A stretch of DNA of 64,000 bases, taken from sequence record DRR723986_1300. One strand, given 5' to 3'. Positions within the stretch are counted from its first letter, which is position 1. Each line of letters starts with the position of its first letter. The translations under genes and the position numbers were made by a program. This document shows positions 28,818 through 38,533 of the stretch, piece by piece. The notes under the pieces were generated by a model. It saw nothing but the letters and a program-made list of their open reading frames with translations, was not told the origin of the DNA and did not search any database.

Positions 28818-30152
28818 GTGCCATCGGATTCCACAGGCAAGGCAGGGCGCCGCCACGCGTCCGTACCCACCGGGCGGGTGAGCCGCTTCGCCCAGGTGGC
28901 GAAAATGGCCGGCGGTGTCGCCGGTGGCATGCTGGCCGAGGGTACCCGTCAATTGCGCGCCGGCAAGCGCCCCCGGGCGCGCGACATGCTGCTCACCCCC
29001 GGCAATGCCCAGCGGGTGGCAGACCAGCTGGCGCAAATGCGCGGCGCGGCCATGAAACTCGGGCAGATCCTGTCCATGGATACCGGCGACCTGCTGCCCC
29101 GGGAGCTGGCCGACATCCTGGCCCGGCTGCGTTCCGATGCCCGGGCCATGCCGCCGCAACAGCTGCAGGCAGCCATGACCCAGGCCTACGGCGAAGACTG
29201 GGAATCCCTGTTCTACGGTTTCGATCCCCAGCCGATCGCGGCCGCGTCCATTGGCCAGGTGCACCGCACGGTCGCGCCGGACGGCAGGGACATCGTGCTG
29301 AAGATCCAGTACCCGGGAGTGGCGCAGAGTATCGACAGCGATGTCGACAATATCGCCTCACTGCTGCGGCTATCGGGACTGCTGCCGGAGGGGATGGATA
29401 TGCGGCCGCTGTTGGCGGATGCCAAGGCGCAACTGCGGGACGAGGCAGACTACCTGAAGGAGGCGGACTTTCTTCAGGCATTTAACGAAGTGCTGGCAGA
29501 CGACGAGCGCTTTGTGCTGCCTCAGGTGCTGCCGGAGCTGACCCGCAGCAATGTCCTGGCGATGACCTACGTGGCAGGCAGCCCGATCGAATCGATTGCC
29601 GAGCTACCGGCGGCGGAGCGCGATCGGGTCATGACCACCCTGGTGGAACTTATGCTGCGCGAGCTGTTCGAGCTGCGCATGGTGCAGACCGACCCGAATT
29701 TTGCCAACTACCAGTATCGGCGCGGCACGGGCGAGATTGTCCTGCTCGATTTCGGCGCGACCCGCCACTTCAAGCCGCGCTTTGTCAGTAACTACCGCAA
29801 GCTCGCCGCAGCGGCCCTGGTCGGGGACCGGGACGCCATGGTGGTGGCCGCCGAGAAGGTGGGTTACTCCATGGGTGATGAGGACTCAGAGTACCGGGAG
29901 CTGGTGCTGGAGCTTTTCCTGCTCGCCCTTGAGCCACTGCGTTTTGATGAAGATTATGATTTCGCCAACTCTGACATGCCCGAGCGCATGACTGAGCTGG
30001 GCAAGACGGTCATGGCGTACCGGGATTTCTGGCATGCGCCGCCTACCGATGCGGTGTACTTCCACCGCAAGCTGGGCGGCATGTTCATGCTCGCCAGCCG
30101 TATGGGCGCGCGGGTCAATGCCCACCGCCTGATGCGTGACTGGCTGCCCTAG
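28818..30152 (+). CDS. AarF/ABC1/UbiB (COQ8-like) atypical kinase, second paralog
   Basis: KLGQ, AAASIGQVH, KIQYPG, QTDPNFANY and LLDFGA. Confidence 0.92.
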   Translation: MPSDSTGKAGRRHASVPTGRVSRFAQVAKMAGGVAGGMLAEGTRQLRAGKRPRARDMLLTPGNAQRVADQLAQMRGAAMKLGQILSMDTGDLLPRELADILARLRSDARAMPPQQLQAAMTQAYGEDWESLFYGFDPQPIAAASIGQVHRTVAPDGRDIVLKIQYPGVAQSIDSDVDNIASLLRLSGLLPEGMDMRPLLADAKAQLRDEADYLKEADFLQAFNEVLADDERFVLPQVLPELTRSNVLAMTYVAGSPIESIAELPAAERDRVMTTLVELMLRELFELRMVQTDPNFANYQYRRGTGEIVLLDFGATRHFKPRFVSNYRKLAAAALVGDRDAMVVAAEKVGYSMGDEDSEYRELVLELFLLALEPLRFDEDYDFANSDMPERMTELGKTVMAYRDFWHAPPTDAVYFHRKLGGMFMLASRMGARVNAHRLMRDWLP

Positions 30153-31645
30153 GCCGTCTTGCGCTTGCGTGCCGGGGCCTTGCGTTTGCCTTTCGGTGCG
30201 GCATTCAGGGTTGCGTCACGCAGCTCTTCGAAGGACGCCTGCAGGCAGTCCGCGTAGAAGGACGGATCCGGCAGCATATCGCGGCAGGCAGTAAACGACA
30301 GGGTAATCGAGCCCTTCTTGTTCTGCACCGCGCTGTACACCACATGGAACAGGCCCACATTGGGCAGCAGCGGCCCCAGGCTGAAGGAGTCGATCAGCTC
30401 TGCCCCGCACAGGTAGAGCTGGAACGGCGCCCCGGGGACATTGGTTACCACGGTGTTCTGGACCACGTTCGCTTCCGTGAGCCCGGTAGAGCTGGCGGCG
30501 CGCAGGGCGACGGACAGCACGTTGCCGGGCATTACATCAGTCAGGTCGAGGACGATTCGCGGCCCCAGGGCTTCCGCGTAGGCCTTGGCGGACAGGGCTT
30601 CATCGTGCACTGCAGCCAGGCGCTCCACCGGGTCTGCGATTTCGGTGCGCAGGGCAACGTTCATGAAGCCCACCATGTTGCCTCCCGCGGCGCGCTCCTC
30701 GGGTGAGCGCACGTCGATGGGACAACCGGTTACCAGGGTTTTCTCCGGCAGTTCGCCCTTGCTATCCAGGTATTTGCGCAAGCCTCCGGCGACGATGGTC
30801 AGCATCACGTCGTTGATGGTTGCGCCAGGCAGGGTGTTCTTGATGGCGCGAATCACCTCGAAATCAAAGCGTCGTGCTTCCACTGCCCGGTGGCGGGAAA
30901 TCTTGCCCTGGAACCGGGTTCGCTGCTTGTCTTCCAGGGCGTGAAAGTCGCGGCGCTTCTGACCCTCGCGGATGCGGCTGAACGCCGGTGCAGCCGTGCG
31001 CACCATGTCGACCACCCGGCCTGGCTTTTTCCACATGTCGAAGTAGGCGCGCGCCAGCATCCGGGTCTTCGAGGGTCGCTCGACCAGCCAGGGCGGCGGC
31101 TTGCCGGGGTCAGCAATCTCTGGCGACAGGTCGTGCATGATGTTCATGAACTGGGCCCCGGTAGCGCCGTCCATTGCACAATGGTGGACTTTCAGCAGCA
31201 TGGCGAAGCAGTTGGGCGGCAGGTGCTCCACCTCGTTCAGTCCCTCGATGATGTAGATCTCCCACAGCGGCTTGTCCCGGCGCAGTGGCTGGGAATGCAG
31301 GCGGGCGGCGAGGATGCACAGCTGACGCCAGTCGCCCGGCTTGGGCAGTGCGATGTGGCGTACGTGGTACTCGAGGTCGAAGTCCGGATCCTCCACCCAG
31401 TAGGGGCGGCCCAGGCCGAGGGGAACGAAGGCAAGCTTGCGCCGGAAAATGGGTGACAGGTGCAGACGGCTCTCGAGCATGGCGAGAATCTGCTTGAAGC
31501 GAACGATCCCGTCCGGTGCGGTCGACTGGTTGTAGATACTGACACCGCCGATGTGCTGGGGCAGGCCATCGAGTTCCGCGTGCAGGAACATGGCGTCCTG
31601 GCCGGAGAGTTGTTCCATGGCGTGTTTCCTGTTGGTCATTTGCAT
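30149..31645 (-). CDS. Wax ester synthase/diacylglycerol acyltransferase
   Basis: LSGQDAMFL, FDLEYHVRH.ALP.PG, catalytic HHCAMDG, ATINDV and TNVPG. The start may be a later Met (MEQLSG). Confidence 0.93.
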   Translation of the reverse strand: MQMTNRKHAMEQLSGQDAMFLHAELDGLPQHIGGVSIYNQSTAPDGIVRFKQILAMLESRLHLSPIFRRKLAFVPLGLGRPYWVEDPDFDLEYHVRHIALPKPGDWRQLCILAARLHSQPLRRDKPLWEIYIIEGLNEVEHLPPNCFAMLLKVHHCAMDGATGAQFMNIMHDLSPEIADPGKPPPWLVERPSKTRMLARAYFDMWKKPGRVVDMVRTAAPAFSRIREGQKRRDFHALEDKQRTRFQGKISRHRAVEARRFDFEVIRAIKNTLPGATINDVMLTIVAGGLRKYLDSKGELPEKTLVTGCPIDVRSPEERAAGGNMVGFMNVALRTEIADPVERLAAVHDEALSAKAYAEALGPRIVLDLTDVMPGNVLSVALRAASSTGLTEANVVQNTVVTNVPGAPFQLYLCGAELIDSFSLGPLLPNVGLFHVVYSAVQNKKGSITLSFTACRDMLPDPSFYADCLQASFEELRDATLNAAPKGKRKAPARKRKTA

Positions 31646-31783
31646 TCCAGTAGAATAGGCGATTGGCGGTATTGGGCAAATCGGACGCTGGCTGTTTATT
31701 CAGACCGGATTTCGCCCCGCCGGGTATCGTCGGGGCAAAACTCTGGGCTGGTACAGGCAACTAAGCCGCCGGTAAGCCCAGGG

Positions 31784-33778
31784 CTACGGACTCAAGCCGT
31801 TGAGGAACTCGAGATAAGCCCGGGTTGAGAACGGACGGCCCAGGAAATCCGCAAGGGCATCATTTGCCGATTTGCTGCCCGCGGCGCCCAGCACCTTGTC
31901 GCGGTAGGCGGCGGCAACCTCGCGATTGCGCATCCCGTTTGCCTCAAAGCGGGTGAACAGGTCGGTCGCGATGGCCAGCGACCACTGGTACGTATAATAG
32001 TTCGACGAGTAGCCGTAGAGGTGTCCGAAGCTATTGTAGAAGTAGGTATCCTCCACATAAGGGTAGGGCGAGTACTTCGCCTGCAGGGCCTTCATTGTGG
32101 GCAACAGCGCGATGTTCGCCGGGTCGCCGTTATAGAAGTTCAGTGAAATATTGGCGTAGAAAATCTGCTGGGCCGTACCCATGGCCGTGCCGAAGTGGCG
32201 GGCCCGGTTCATTTTCTTTACCAGCTCACCCGGAATCACCTCACCCCTGTCGTTACTGGCAAAGCGTGCCAGGGAGTCGTAGTCCCAGATCCACTCCTCC
32301 AGCATCTGTGACGGCGCTTCGACGAAATCGTCCTCCATGCCCATGCCGCTGATGTTCAGCCATTGCTGGGTACCGGAAAACATATTGTGCAGCAGGTGGC
32401 CGAACTCATGCAGGAAGGTTTCAACCTGCATGTGTTCCATCAGTCCCCTCGGGAAGTTGGTAGCCAGGCCTGACAGCGGCAGTCGCACATCCTTGATGCC
32501 TGTGCGCAGCGTCCAGTGGGCCGCATGCTTGTACTTATCGTCCCGCGGGTGCAGGTCGAGGTAGAAGCGACCGATGGCCTCGCCGTTCCGACGCATCTCC
32601 CACGCGCTTACCGATTCGTGCCAGGTGGGGGTATCCCAGGCCACGATCTCCACATCGAACAGGTCTTCGGTCAGCTGGAAGATGCCCGCCTGTACCTTGT
32701 CGAAGTGGAAATACTCGCGCACTTCCTGGGCGTCCAGGGCGTAGTGCTCCTGGCGCACCAGGTTGGCGAGGTAGCTTCCTTCCCAGGCCTGCACCTGCTC
32801 GGCGTCGGGTTCGATCTGGCGCTTGCGTTTCAGCAGCGCATCCATGTCCCGCTGGGCGGGAATGGTGGCGGCTTCACCCACCCGGGTAAGGAATGCCTGG
32901 GCATTGTCCGGACTGCCGATCATCAGGCCGTCCATTTCCAGCGCGGCAAAACTGTCATAGCCCAACAGCGTCGCCAGTTCGTAGCGCTTAGCCATCAGCG
33001 TCTTGAGCGTTGTGCTGTTGTCCGGCGACCCTATCTGGTTGGCGGTGATGTACAGCTCGCGGCGCAAGCTGTCGTCCTCGGCGTATTTCATGACCGGGAA
33101 GTAGTCCGGGTAGTCGGTGGATATGCTGACCATACCGTTCTCGTTCACGGGGTGACTGTCGATCCAGTCCCGGGGCAGCCCGCGCAGTTGCTCCGGGCTA
33201 GCCTCAACATAGCGGGCATCCTCCCGGATAGTGCGGTCGAAGCGGTTGCCCAGCTCGGTAATTTCACCCCGGAGCTGGCGCACCCGTTCCCGGGTCGCCT
33301 GGTCCCGGTCGACACCGGACTTGCGGAACTCCCTAAGATGGTTTTCCACCATGTGGCGTTCGCTGCCAGTCAGCGACGCCAGATCGATCGCCGCAACCCG
33401 CTCATAGAAACTGCGCGACAGGTTCAGCGAGTGATAGAAATCCATGTAGCCCTGGATACAGCTTTCCGCCGCTTCACGAAATGCAGCGTCGGGGTGGACC
33501 GATGACATGTACCAGACGTGGCGGACCGCCTGCAATTCGAAGTTCATCTGGTCGTAGGCGCCATAAACAGTGTCGAGGGTCGCGGGGCGTGTATCGCTTT
33601 CAATGGCTGTAAAGGAAGCCCGGGCGCTGGCGAGGGTGTTGTCGCAGGTTTCAGTCAGCTCCTGTGCCGGCATGCTGAAGTCCCAGCCGTCCTTGGCCTG
33701 TGATACGGAGTCTGCGAGGGCGGTGCCGCTGAGTATCGCGGTTAGCATGCCAGCCAGGCCATTGCGTAGTTGTTTCAT
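31784..33778 (-). CDS. M3 family (thimet oligopeptidase-like) zinc metallopeptidase, exported
   Basis: Signal peptide, FYLDLHPRDDKYKHAA, HEFGH, DFVEAPSQMLEEW and YYTYQWS. Confidence 0.92.
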   Translation of the reverse strand: MKQLRNGLAGMLTAILSGTALADSVSQAKDGWDFSMPAQELTETCDNTLASARASFTAIESDTRPATLDTVYGAYDQMNFELQAVRHVWYMSSVHPDAAFREAAESCIQGYMDFYHSLNLSRSFYERVAAIDLASLTGSERHMVENHLREFRKSGVDRDQATRERVRQLRGEITELGNRFDRTIREDARYVEASPEQLRGLPRDWIDSHPVNENGMVSISTDYPDYFPVMKYAEDDSLRRELYITANQIGSPDNSTTLKTLMAKRYELATLLGYDSFAALEMDGLMIGSPDNAQAFLTRVGEAATIPAQRDMDALLKRKRQIEPDAEQVQAWEGSYLANLVRQEHYALDAQEVREYFHFDKVQAGIFQLTEDLFDVEIVAWDTPTWHESVSAWEMRRNGEAIGRFYLDLHPRDDKYKHAAHWTLRTGIKDVRLPLSGLATNFPRGLMEHMQVETFLHEFGHLLHNMFSGTQQWLNISGMGMEDDFVEAPSQMLEEWIWDYDSLARFASNDRGEVIPGELVKKMNRARHFGTAMGTAQQIFYANISLNFYNGDPANIALLPTMKALQAKYSPYPYVEDTYFYNSFGHLYGYSSNYYTYQWSLAIATDLFTRFEANGMRNREVAAAYRDKVLGAAGSKSANDALADFLGRPFSTRAYLEFLNGLSP

Positions 33779-33943
33779 CTTCAAGCTGTGTTCCTTAGTG
33801 ACTATCTGGCAGAAACCGGAATCCGTGAGCAGCAGCTGTCTGCCGGAGACGGGTTTATGCGACTTATCGAGTAGTTTGTACGGCGGATTACGATGCCTGG
33901 GGGTGTAACGGACGAAACCCGAAGGCCCTCAGTGAGAGGCGGA

Positions 33944-34516
33944 TCAGCTGCGGGCGTGCAGCGCGAGTTCGAGGCGGCTGTCCGCCAGCAGCACAGAGCG
34001 CACGAAGTCAAAGCAACTCAGTAATTCCTTGAGCCGGTTCTGCGGGTGGGGGGCGTAGCCGGCGAGCGGCGGATGACGCTCCCGGACGACCAGTTCCTCG
34101 GTGCCCTGGATGGCAAAGGCCTGGGCCGCATCGGCCGTACGGACATTGTGCAGGGCGAAGCCGTGGCCACGGGTGCCGGCATGGATATGCGGCTGCAGTG
34201 CCGCTACGAAGGCCTTAATCGCCTCGGCGTCGAGAAAATTGAACAGGTCCCAGAACAGGCAGATATCGATGGGTTCATCGTCGGGAAGCGCCAGTAGATC
34301 ACGGAACCGTTCGGTCAGCGGCTGTTCGGGCTGATCATCCGGGTCTATCGGTAACTCGCTGAACAGGTCGGCAAAGAACAGCCGGCAGCGGAACCGGGAG
34401 AAATAGTTGACGGTTTCCGGTAAGGCCGGACCGATGTGCAACACCGTCAGGCGCTGCTCCTCATCGACGTTTTCAAACAGGTACGGCAACAGCTTTGATG
34501 GTTGCCTCGCGATCAT
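33944..34516 (-). CDS. Hypothetical protein (possible degenerate methyltransferase-like fold), downstream of bactofilin
   Basis: 190-aa ORF ending 8 nt after the bactofilin gene in the same direction. VLHIGPA and DICLFWDLFNFL resemble Rossmann methyltransferase strands. Confidence 0.7.
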   Translation of the reverse strand: MIARQPSKLLPYLFENVDEEQRLTVLHIGPALPETVNYFSRFRCRLFFADLFSELPIDPDDQPEQPLTERFRDLLALPDDEPIDICLFWDLFNFLDAEAIKAFVAALQPHIHAGTRGHGFALHNVRTADAAQAFAIQGTEELVVRERHPPLAGYAPHPQNRLKELLSCFDFVRSVLLADSRLELALHARS

Positions 34517-34524
34517 TCCATCGC

Positions 34525-35046
34525 TCAGCCGCTTTTCAGGTCGAGACCCGGTGCCATGTTGTCAGCGCTCGCCTGCGGCTTGTTATCTGCCGCCAGGGTT
34601 GGCTTCTTCGCGGCGGATTCGCCGGGGTTCATGTCGATGCTGCCCTTGAATATGGCCCCATCTTCGAGGGTGACCCGTGGCGCGATGATATTGCCGCGCA
34701 CGTTGCCCGACTTGGAGATCACCACTTTCTCGCCGCCGCTGACATCGCCGGTTACTTCACCGTCGATGCGCACCGTCTTGGCGATGATGTCAGCCGCTAC
34801 CCGGCCGGATTCACCGACCGTCACTTCGTTCTTGCCCAGGTCGATAGTACCTTCGACCCTGCCCTGGATGACCAGGTCTTCATCGCCCGATACGGTGCCC
34901 TTGATTACTATGCTGGATCCGATCATTGCAGTGCTCCTGCTTGCTACTGGCGGGGTGGATGGAGGCGGCACAGGACTGGCCTGCGCAGCTGCCGGCTCCC
35001 GCGCAGGGGGCGGGCTTGCCTGTTTGTTCTTGTTACGCTCGAACAT
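34525..35046 (-). CDS. Bactofilin (polymer-forming cytoskeletal protein)
   Basis: Pro-rich N-terminal tail, then IG.SIVIKG...DL.IQGRVEGTI...V.GNIIAPRVTLEDGAIFKGSIDM beta-helix. Confidence 0.92.
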   Translation of the reverse strand: MFERNKNKQASPPPAREPAAAQASPVPPPSTPPVASRSTAMIGSSIVIKGTVSGDEDLVIQGRVEGTIDLGKNEVTVGESGRVAADIIAKTVRIDGEVTGDVSGGEKVVISKSGNVRGNIIAPRVTLEDGAIFKGSIDMNPGESAAKKPTLAADNKPQASADNMAPGLDLKSG

Positions 35047-35214
35047 CGCGATCACCACTCTTTCGCAACGTGGGCCGGTAATCCTAGCAGGGGATATCGG
35101 CTTTCTCTAGCAGAAACTGGACAAAACGGGTAATAGCGGCGAGGGGTAAAAAGTGCCGGCAAAACGCGGTTGCCCGCGCCTTACCGGCGGAATTGCTTGT
35201 GCCAGGGGCCGTGC

Positions 35215-36450
35215 TCAGGCGGTGGCCGCCTGCTCGGGTGCCAGCTCCCGCCGTTCCCGCGCGATGCGCGTTACCAGCGGCAGCAGCACCAGGGCCAGCA
35301 GCGGTGCGAACACCGCGGCCAGGACCAGCAGGCTGTTGTGCACGCCGTAGCGGTCCATCGCGTAACCCAGCAGCGGCCCGGTCACGATGAAGATAGCCCG
35401 TACCGCGAGGCTGACCAGCGAGTTCACGGTGGCCCGGAAGTCGCCGGGAACGCGGCGGTTCAGCGCCTCGTAAAACAGGCTCATGCTGATCCCGCGGGAC
35501 AGCTGCACCGCAAAGCCGGACAGCACGCCTATCCAGCCCGGGCCCAGCACCATGCCCAGCAAACCCATCAGGGGCAGGGCGGCCACCAGCAGCAGCAGGC
35601 GGTTGGTACCCAGCAGGCGTTCGAGCCCGGAAGCATAGCGGGCGGCGACGCTGACCGTCAGCGCGAAGGCCGCCCACAGGTAGCCGAAGCTCTGCAGCGG
35701 TACACCCTGGACCTCCCAGTATTTCTGGTAGATCCAGAAGATGTAGATGGCCAGCAGGCCGAACACGGTGATCGCAAACGCGGTCCACAGGACGACCGGC
35801 CTGCCGAACAGCATCAGTTCCACGATCCTGCGCGCGTTGTCACCGTGGCTGCCTTCGCTCCTCTGGCGCGGCACTTCCACCAGCAACAGGCCCAGCAGCA
35901 GCGGGGCGAAGCCGGTCAACGCCTGCAGGACTACCACGCCGTCCAGCGACCAGATCAACAGCACGCTGGCCACGATACCGGCGATTCCCGAAGCCGCCGC
36001 CTCGATGGCGATCAGGCGGCTCAGGGATTTGCCGGCCCCTGCGCCGCCGGGCATACCCTGTTCCTGCAGGTGCAGTTCGGTGTCGTACAGCAGCGCCAGG
36101 TCCGCACCTGAGATCAGGCTGAAGCCGAGGCCGAGGATCATCTCGTACACCAGGAAGTCGACAAAGCTGTCCGCCCACAGCAGGGACAGGAAGCCGAAGG
36201 CATTGAGCAGTGATCCCAGCAGGATCGCATTGCGCCGCCCCCAGAGGTCGGCAATGTAACCAGAGGGGACTTCGAACAGGGCGATGGTCAGGGCGAAGGC
36301 CGCCTGGGTCTGCAGTACCTGGCTCATGGACAGGCCATAGCCCTGCAGCAGCGGCACGAACACGGGTACGACGACGATGAAGCTCTGGAAGAACCCGATC
36401 GTGTAGATTGTTGTAATGTTGTTCTGTAATGACTTCTTCACGGTACTCAC
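35215..36450 (-). CDS. MFS transporter
   Basis: About 12 TM helices, FEVPSGYIADLWGRR, SGADLALLYD and RATVNS. Start is GTG 36450 or GTG 36441. Confidence 0.9.
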   Translation of the reverse strand: MSTVKKSLQNNITTIYTIGFFQSFIVVVPVFVPLLQGYGLSMSQVLQTQAAFALTIALFEVPSGYIADLWGRRNAILLGSLLNAFGFLSLLWADSFVDFLVYEMILGLGFSLISGADLALLYDTELHLQEQGMPGGAGAGKSLSRLIAIEAAASGIAGIVASVLLIWSLDGVVVLQALTGFAPLLLGLLLVEVPRQRSEGSHGDNARRIVELMLFGRPVVLWTAFAITVFGLLAIYIFWIYQKYWEVQGVPLQSFGYLWAAFALTVSVAARYASGLERLLGTNRLLLLVAALPLMGLLGMVLGPGWIGVLSGFAVQLSRGISMSLFYEALNRRVPGDFRATVNSLVSLAVRAIFIVTGPLLGYAMDRYGVHNSLLVLAAVFAPLLALVLLPLVTRIARERRELAPEQAATA

Positions 36451-36496
36451 CCTGGCGGCCGAGTAACCGGGAAAACGGAAGCGGAAATGTCAGACT

Positions 36497-36537
36497 AAAA
36501 ACAAAAAAGGCCTCCGGAATCCTGGTTCTCGGAGGCC
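36497..36537 (-). terminator. Intrinsic terminator in the 5' leader of the MFS gene (attenuator candidate)
   Basis: Minus strand GGCCTCCG-AGAACCAGGATTC-CGGAGGCC followed by TTTTTTGTTTTT, about 50 nt before the MFS start. Confidence 0.8.
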
Positions 36538-36562
36538 CTTGTTTCGATTACTTATCGATTGA

Positions 36563-36670
36563 TCAATGCATCCTCAAACCACGCCGCGCCGACAGGCACA
36601 CAGGCGCAACGGTCTGGTAACCGCCTCGCGTATACATGCTGTCCTGCACTTTATGCTGTTGCGTGGTCAT
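36563..36670 (-). CDS. Putative leader peptide (35 aa)
   Basis: ATG 36670 to TGA 36563 encodes MTTQQHKVQDSMYTRGGYQTVAPVCLSARRGLRMH*. It ends about 25 nt before the terminator stem. Confidence 0.5.
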   Translation of the reverse strand: MTTQQHKVQDSMYTRGGYQTVAPVCLSARRGLRMH

Positions 36671-36858
36671 TGCTCTATGCTCAAATACGGATGTCACTGC
36701 TGTGCGCTTTTATAAACGCAGGGGGCTATGGTCGTCGCTGGGCGTGATCGGGTCAATCAAAGTCTCGCGATTGTGAAATACTTCACAGCCTCGAATGGAT
36801 CAAAATGCCGGGCGGCCATAACTGCTATACAGGACGTTCCAAGCCGGAGGTTTATTCC

Positions 36859-38532
36859 ATGCCCATGTCTGATATAGCCATCGCTCGTGCGGCGACCTTG
36901 CAGCCCATTGCCCGGATAGCCGAACGCCTTGCAATAGCCCCGGACGCACTGGTGCCCTACGGCCATACCAAGGCCAAGATTGGCATGCAGCAGGTCGAGC
37001 AACTCAGGCAGCGCAAGCGGGGCAAGCTGATCCTGGTGACGGCGATGAGTCCTACCCCCGCGGGGGAGGGCAAGACCACGGTCGCCATCGGGCTGGTCGA
37101 TGCCATGAACCGGTTGGGTAAACAGGCCTCCGTGTGCCTGCGGGAGCCCAGCCTGGGCCCCTGTTTCGGGCTCAAGGGCGGCGCCGCCGGTGGCGGCTAT
37201 GCACAGGTGGTCCCGATGGAGGACATCAACCTGCACTTCACCGGTGACATGCACGCGATTGGCGCGGCCCACAACCTGCTGGCGGCGATGATCGACAACT
37301 ACATCCACTGGAGTAACGAGCTGCGCCTCGACCTCCGGCGCATCACCTGGCCCCGGGTCGTCGATATCAACGACCGCCAGCTGCGCAAGATCGTGACCGG
37401 GATCGGTGGGCCGGGTAACGGCTACCCCATGGAGGGGGGCTTCGACATCACCGTTGCCTCGGAGGTGATGGCGATATTTTGCCTGGCCAGGGATCTTGCC
37501 GACCTGCAGCGGCGGTTGGCCGATATAGTGATTGGCTATACCCGGGACGGGCAGGCAGTCACCGCAGCGCAGGTCAGCGCGCCCGGTGCCATGACCGCCT
37601 TGTTGCGGGATGCCCTGGCCCCGAACCTGGTGCAGACCCTGGAAAATAACCCGGCGTTTATCCACGGTGGCCCCTTCGCCAATATTGCCCACGGCTGCAA
37701 CTCGCTGATTGCCACCGAGACCGCGCTGGGGGTCAGCGACTACGTGGTGACCGAGGCCGGCTTCGGCGCCGACCTGGGTGCCGAAAAGTTCTTCAACATC
37801 AAGTGTCGCAAGTCCGGCTTGCGACCGGATGCCGTGGTCCTGGTGGCCACGGTGCGGGCGCTGAAGATGCACGGCGGGGTGCCGCGTGCTGAACTGGGCG
37901 CAGAGAATACCGGTGCCGTGGAGCGCGGGCTGGAGAACCTGGGCCGCCATATCCGCAATACCGGTTACTACGGTGTGCCGCTGGCGGTGGCCATCAACCG
38001 CTTCAGCGACGACACCGAGGCGGAACTTGCGCTGGTGCGCGACTATGTCGCCGACCGCGGCATCACGGCCTATGACTGCACCCACTGGGCTGACGGCGGC
38101 GCCGGGGCGGAAGGTCTGGCGGAGGCGGTAGCTGCGCTGGCCGATGCCGGCACCGCCCAGTTCCGGCCGCTGTACGAGGACGAACTCAGCCTGTGGGAGA
38201 AGACCCGGGTGGTGGCCCGGCAGATCTACGGGGCTGACGATATCGACGCCGACCAGAAGATTCGCGAACAGTTCGAGCAGTACCAGCAGGCGGGTTTTGG
38301 TCACCTGCCGGTGTGCATGGCGAAGACCCAGTACAGTTTCTCTACCGATCCCGGATTGCTGGGTGCACCGAGCAATCACCGGGTGAAAGTCCGGGAGCTG
38401 TCGCTGGCGGCGGGGGCGGGTTTCCTGGTGGTGATCTGTGGTGACGTGATGCGGATGCCCGGCCTGCCGCGGGTGCCGGCGGCCAACAGCATATTCGTCA
38501 ATGAGCAGGGCGAGATAGAAGGATTGTTCTGA
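36859..38532 (+). CDS. fhs: Formate--tetrahydrofolate ligase
   Basis: [47 protein letters not shown] and MPGLP. GGAGG RBS before ATG 36859. Confidence 0.97.
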   Translation: MPMSDIAIARAATLQPIARIAERLAIAPDALVPYGHTKAKIGMQQVEQLRQRKRGKLILVTAMSPTPAGEGKTTVAIGLVDAMNRLGKQASVCLREPSLGPCFGLKGGAAGGGYAQVVPMEDINLHFTGDMHAIGAAHNLLAAMIDNYIHWSNELRLDLRRITWPRVVDINDRQLRKIVTGIGGPGNGYPMEGGFDITVASEVMAIFCLARDLADLQRRLADIVIGYTRDGQAVTAAQVSAPGAMTALLRDALAPNLVQTLENNPAFIHGGPFANIAHGCNSLIATETALGVSDYVVTEAGFGADLGAEKFFNIKCRKSGLRPDAVVLVATVRALKMHGGVPRAELGAENTGAVERGLENLGRHIRNTGYYGVPLAVAINRFSDDTEAELALVRDYVADRGITAYDCTHWADGGAGAEGLAEAVAALADAGTAQFRPLYEDELSLWEKTRVVARQIYGADDIDADQKIREQFEQYQQAGFGHLPVCMAKTQYSFSTDPGLLGAPSNHRVKVRELSLAAGAGFLVVICGDVMRMPGLPRVPAANSIFVNEQGEIEGLF

Positions 38533-38533
38533 C

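Noticed and set aside
33890-33945. GGACGAAAC suggesting a hammerhead ribozyme
   Set aside because: No CTGANGA core at a suitable position to close stem II.
36720-36858. Possible ZTP or THF riboswitch upstream of fhs
   Set aside because: Only a vague GGTCGT...GGCG resemblance. The conserved core and pseudoknot elements were not found by eye; an Infernal search would settle it.
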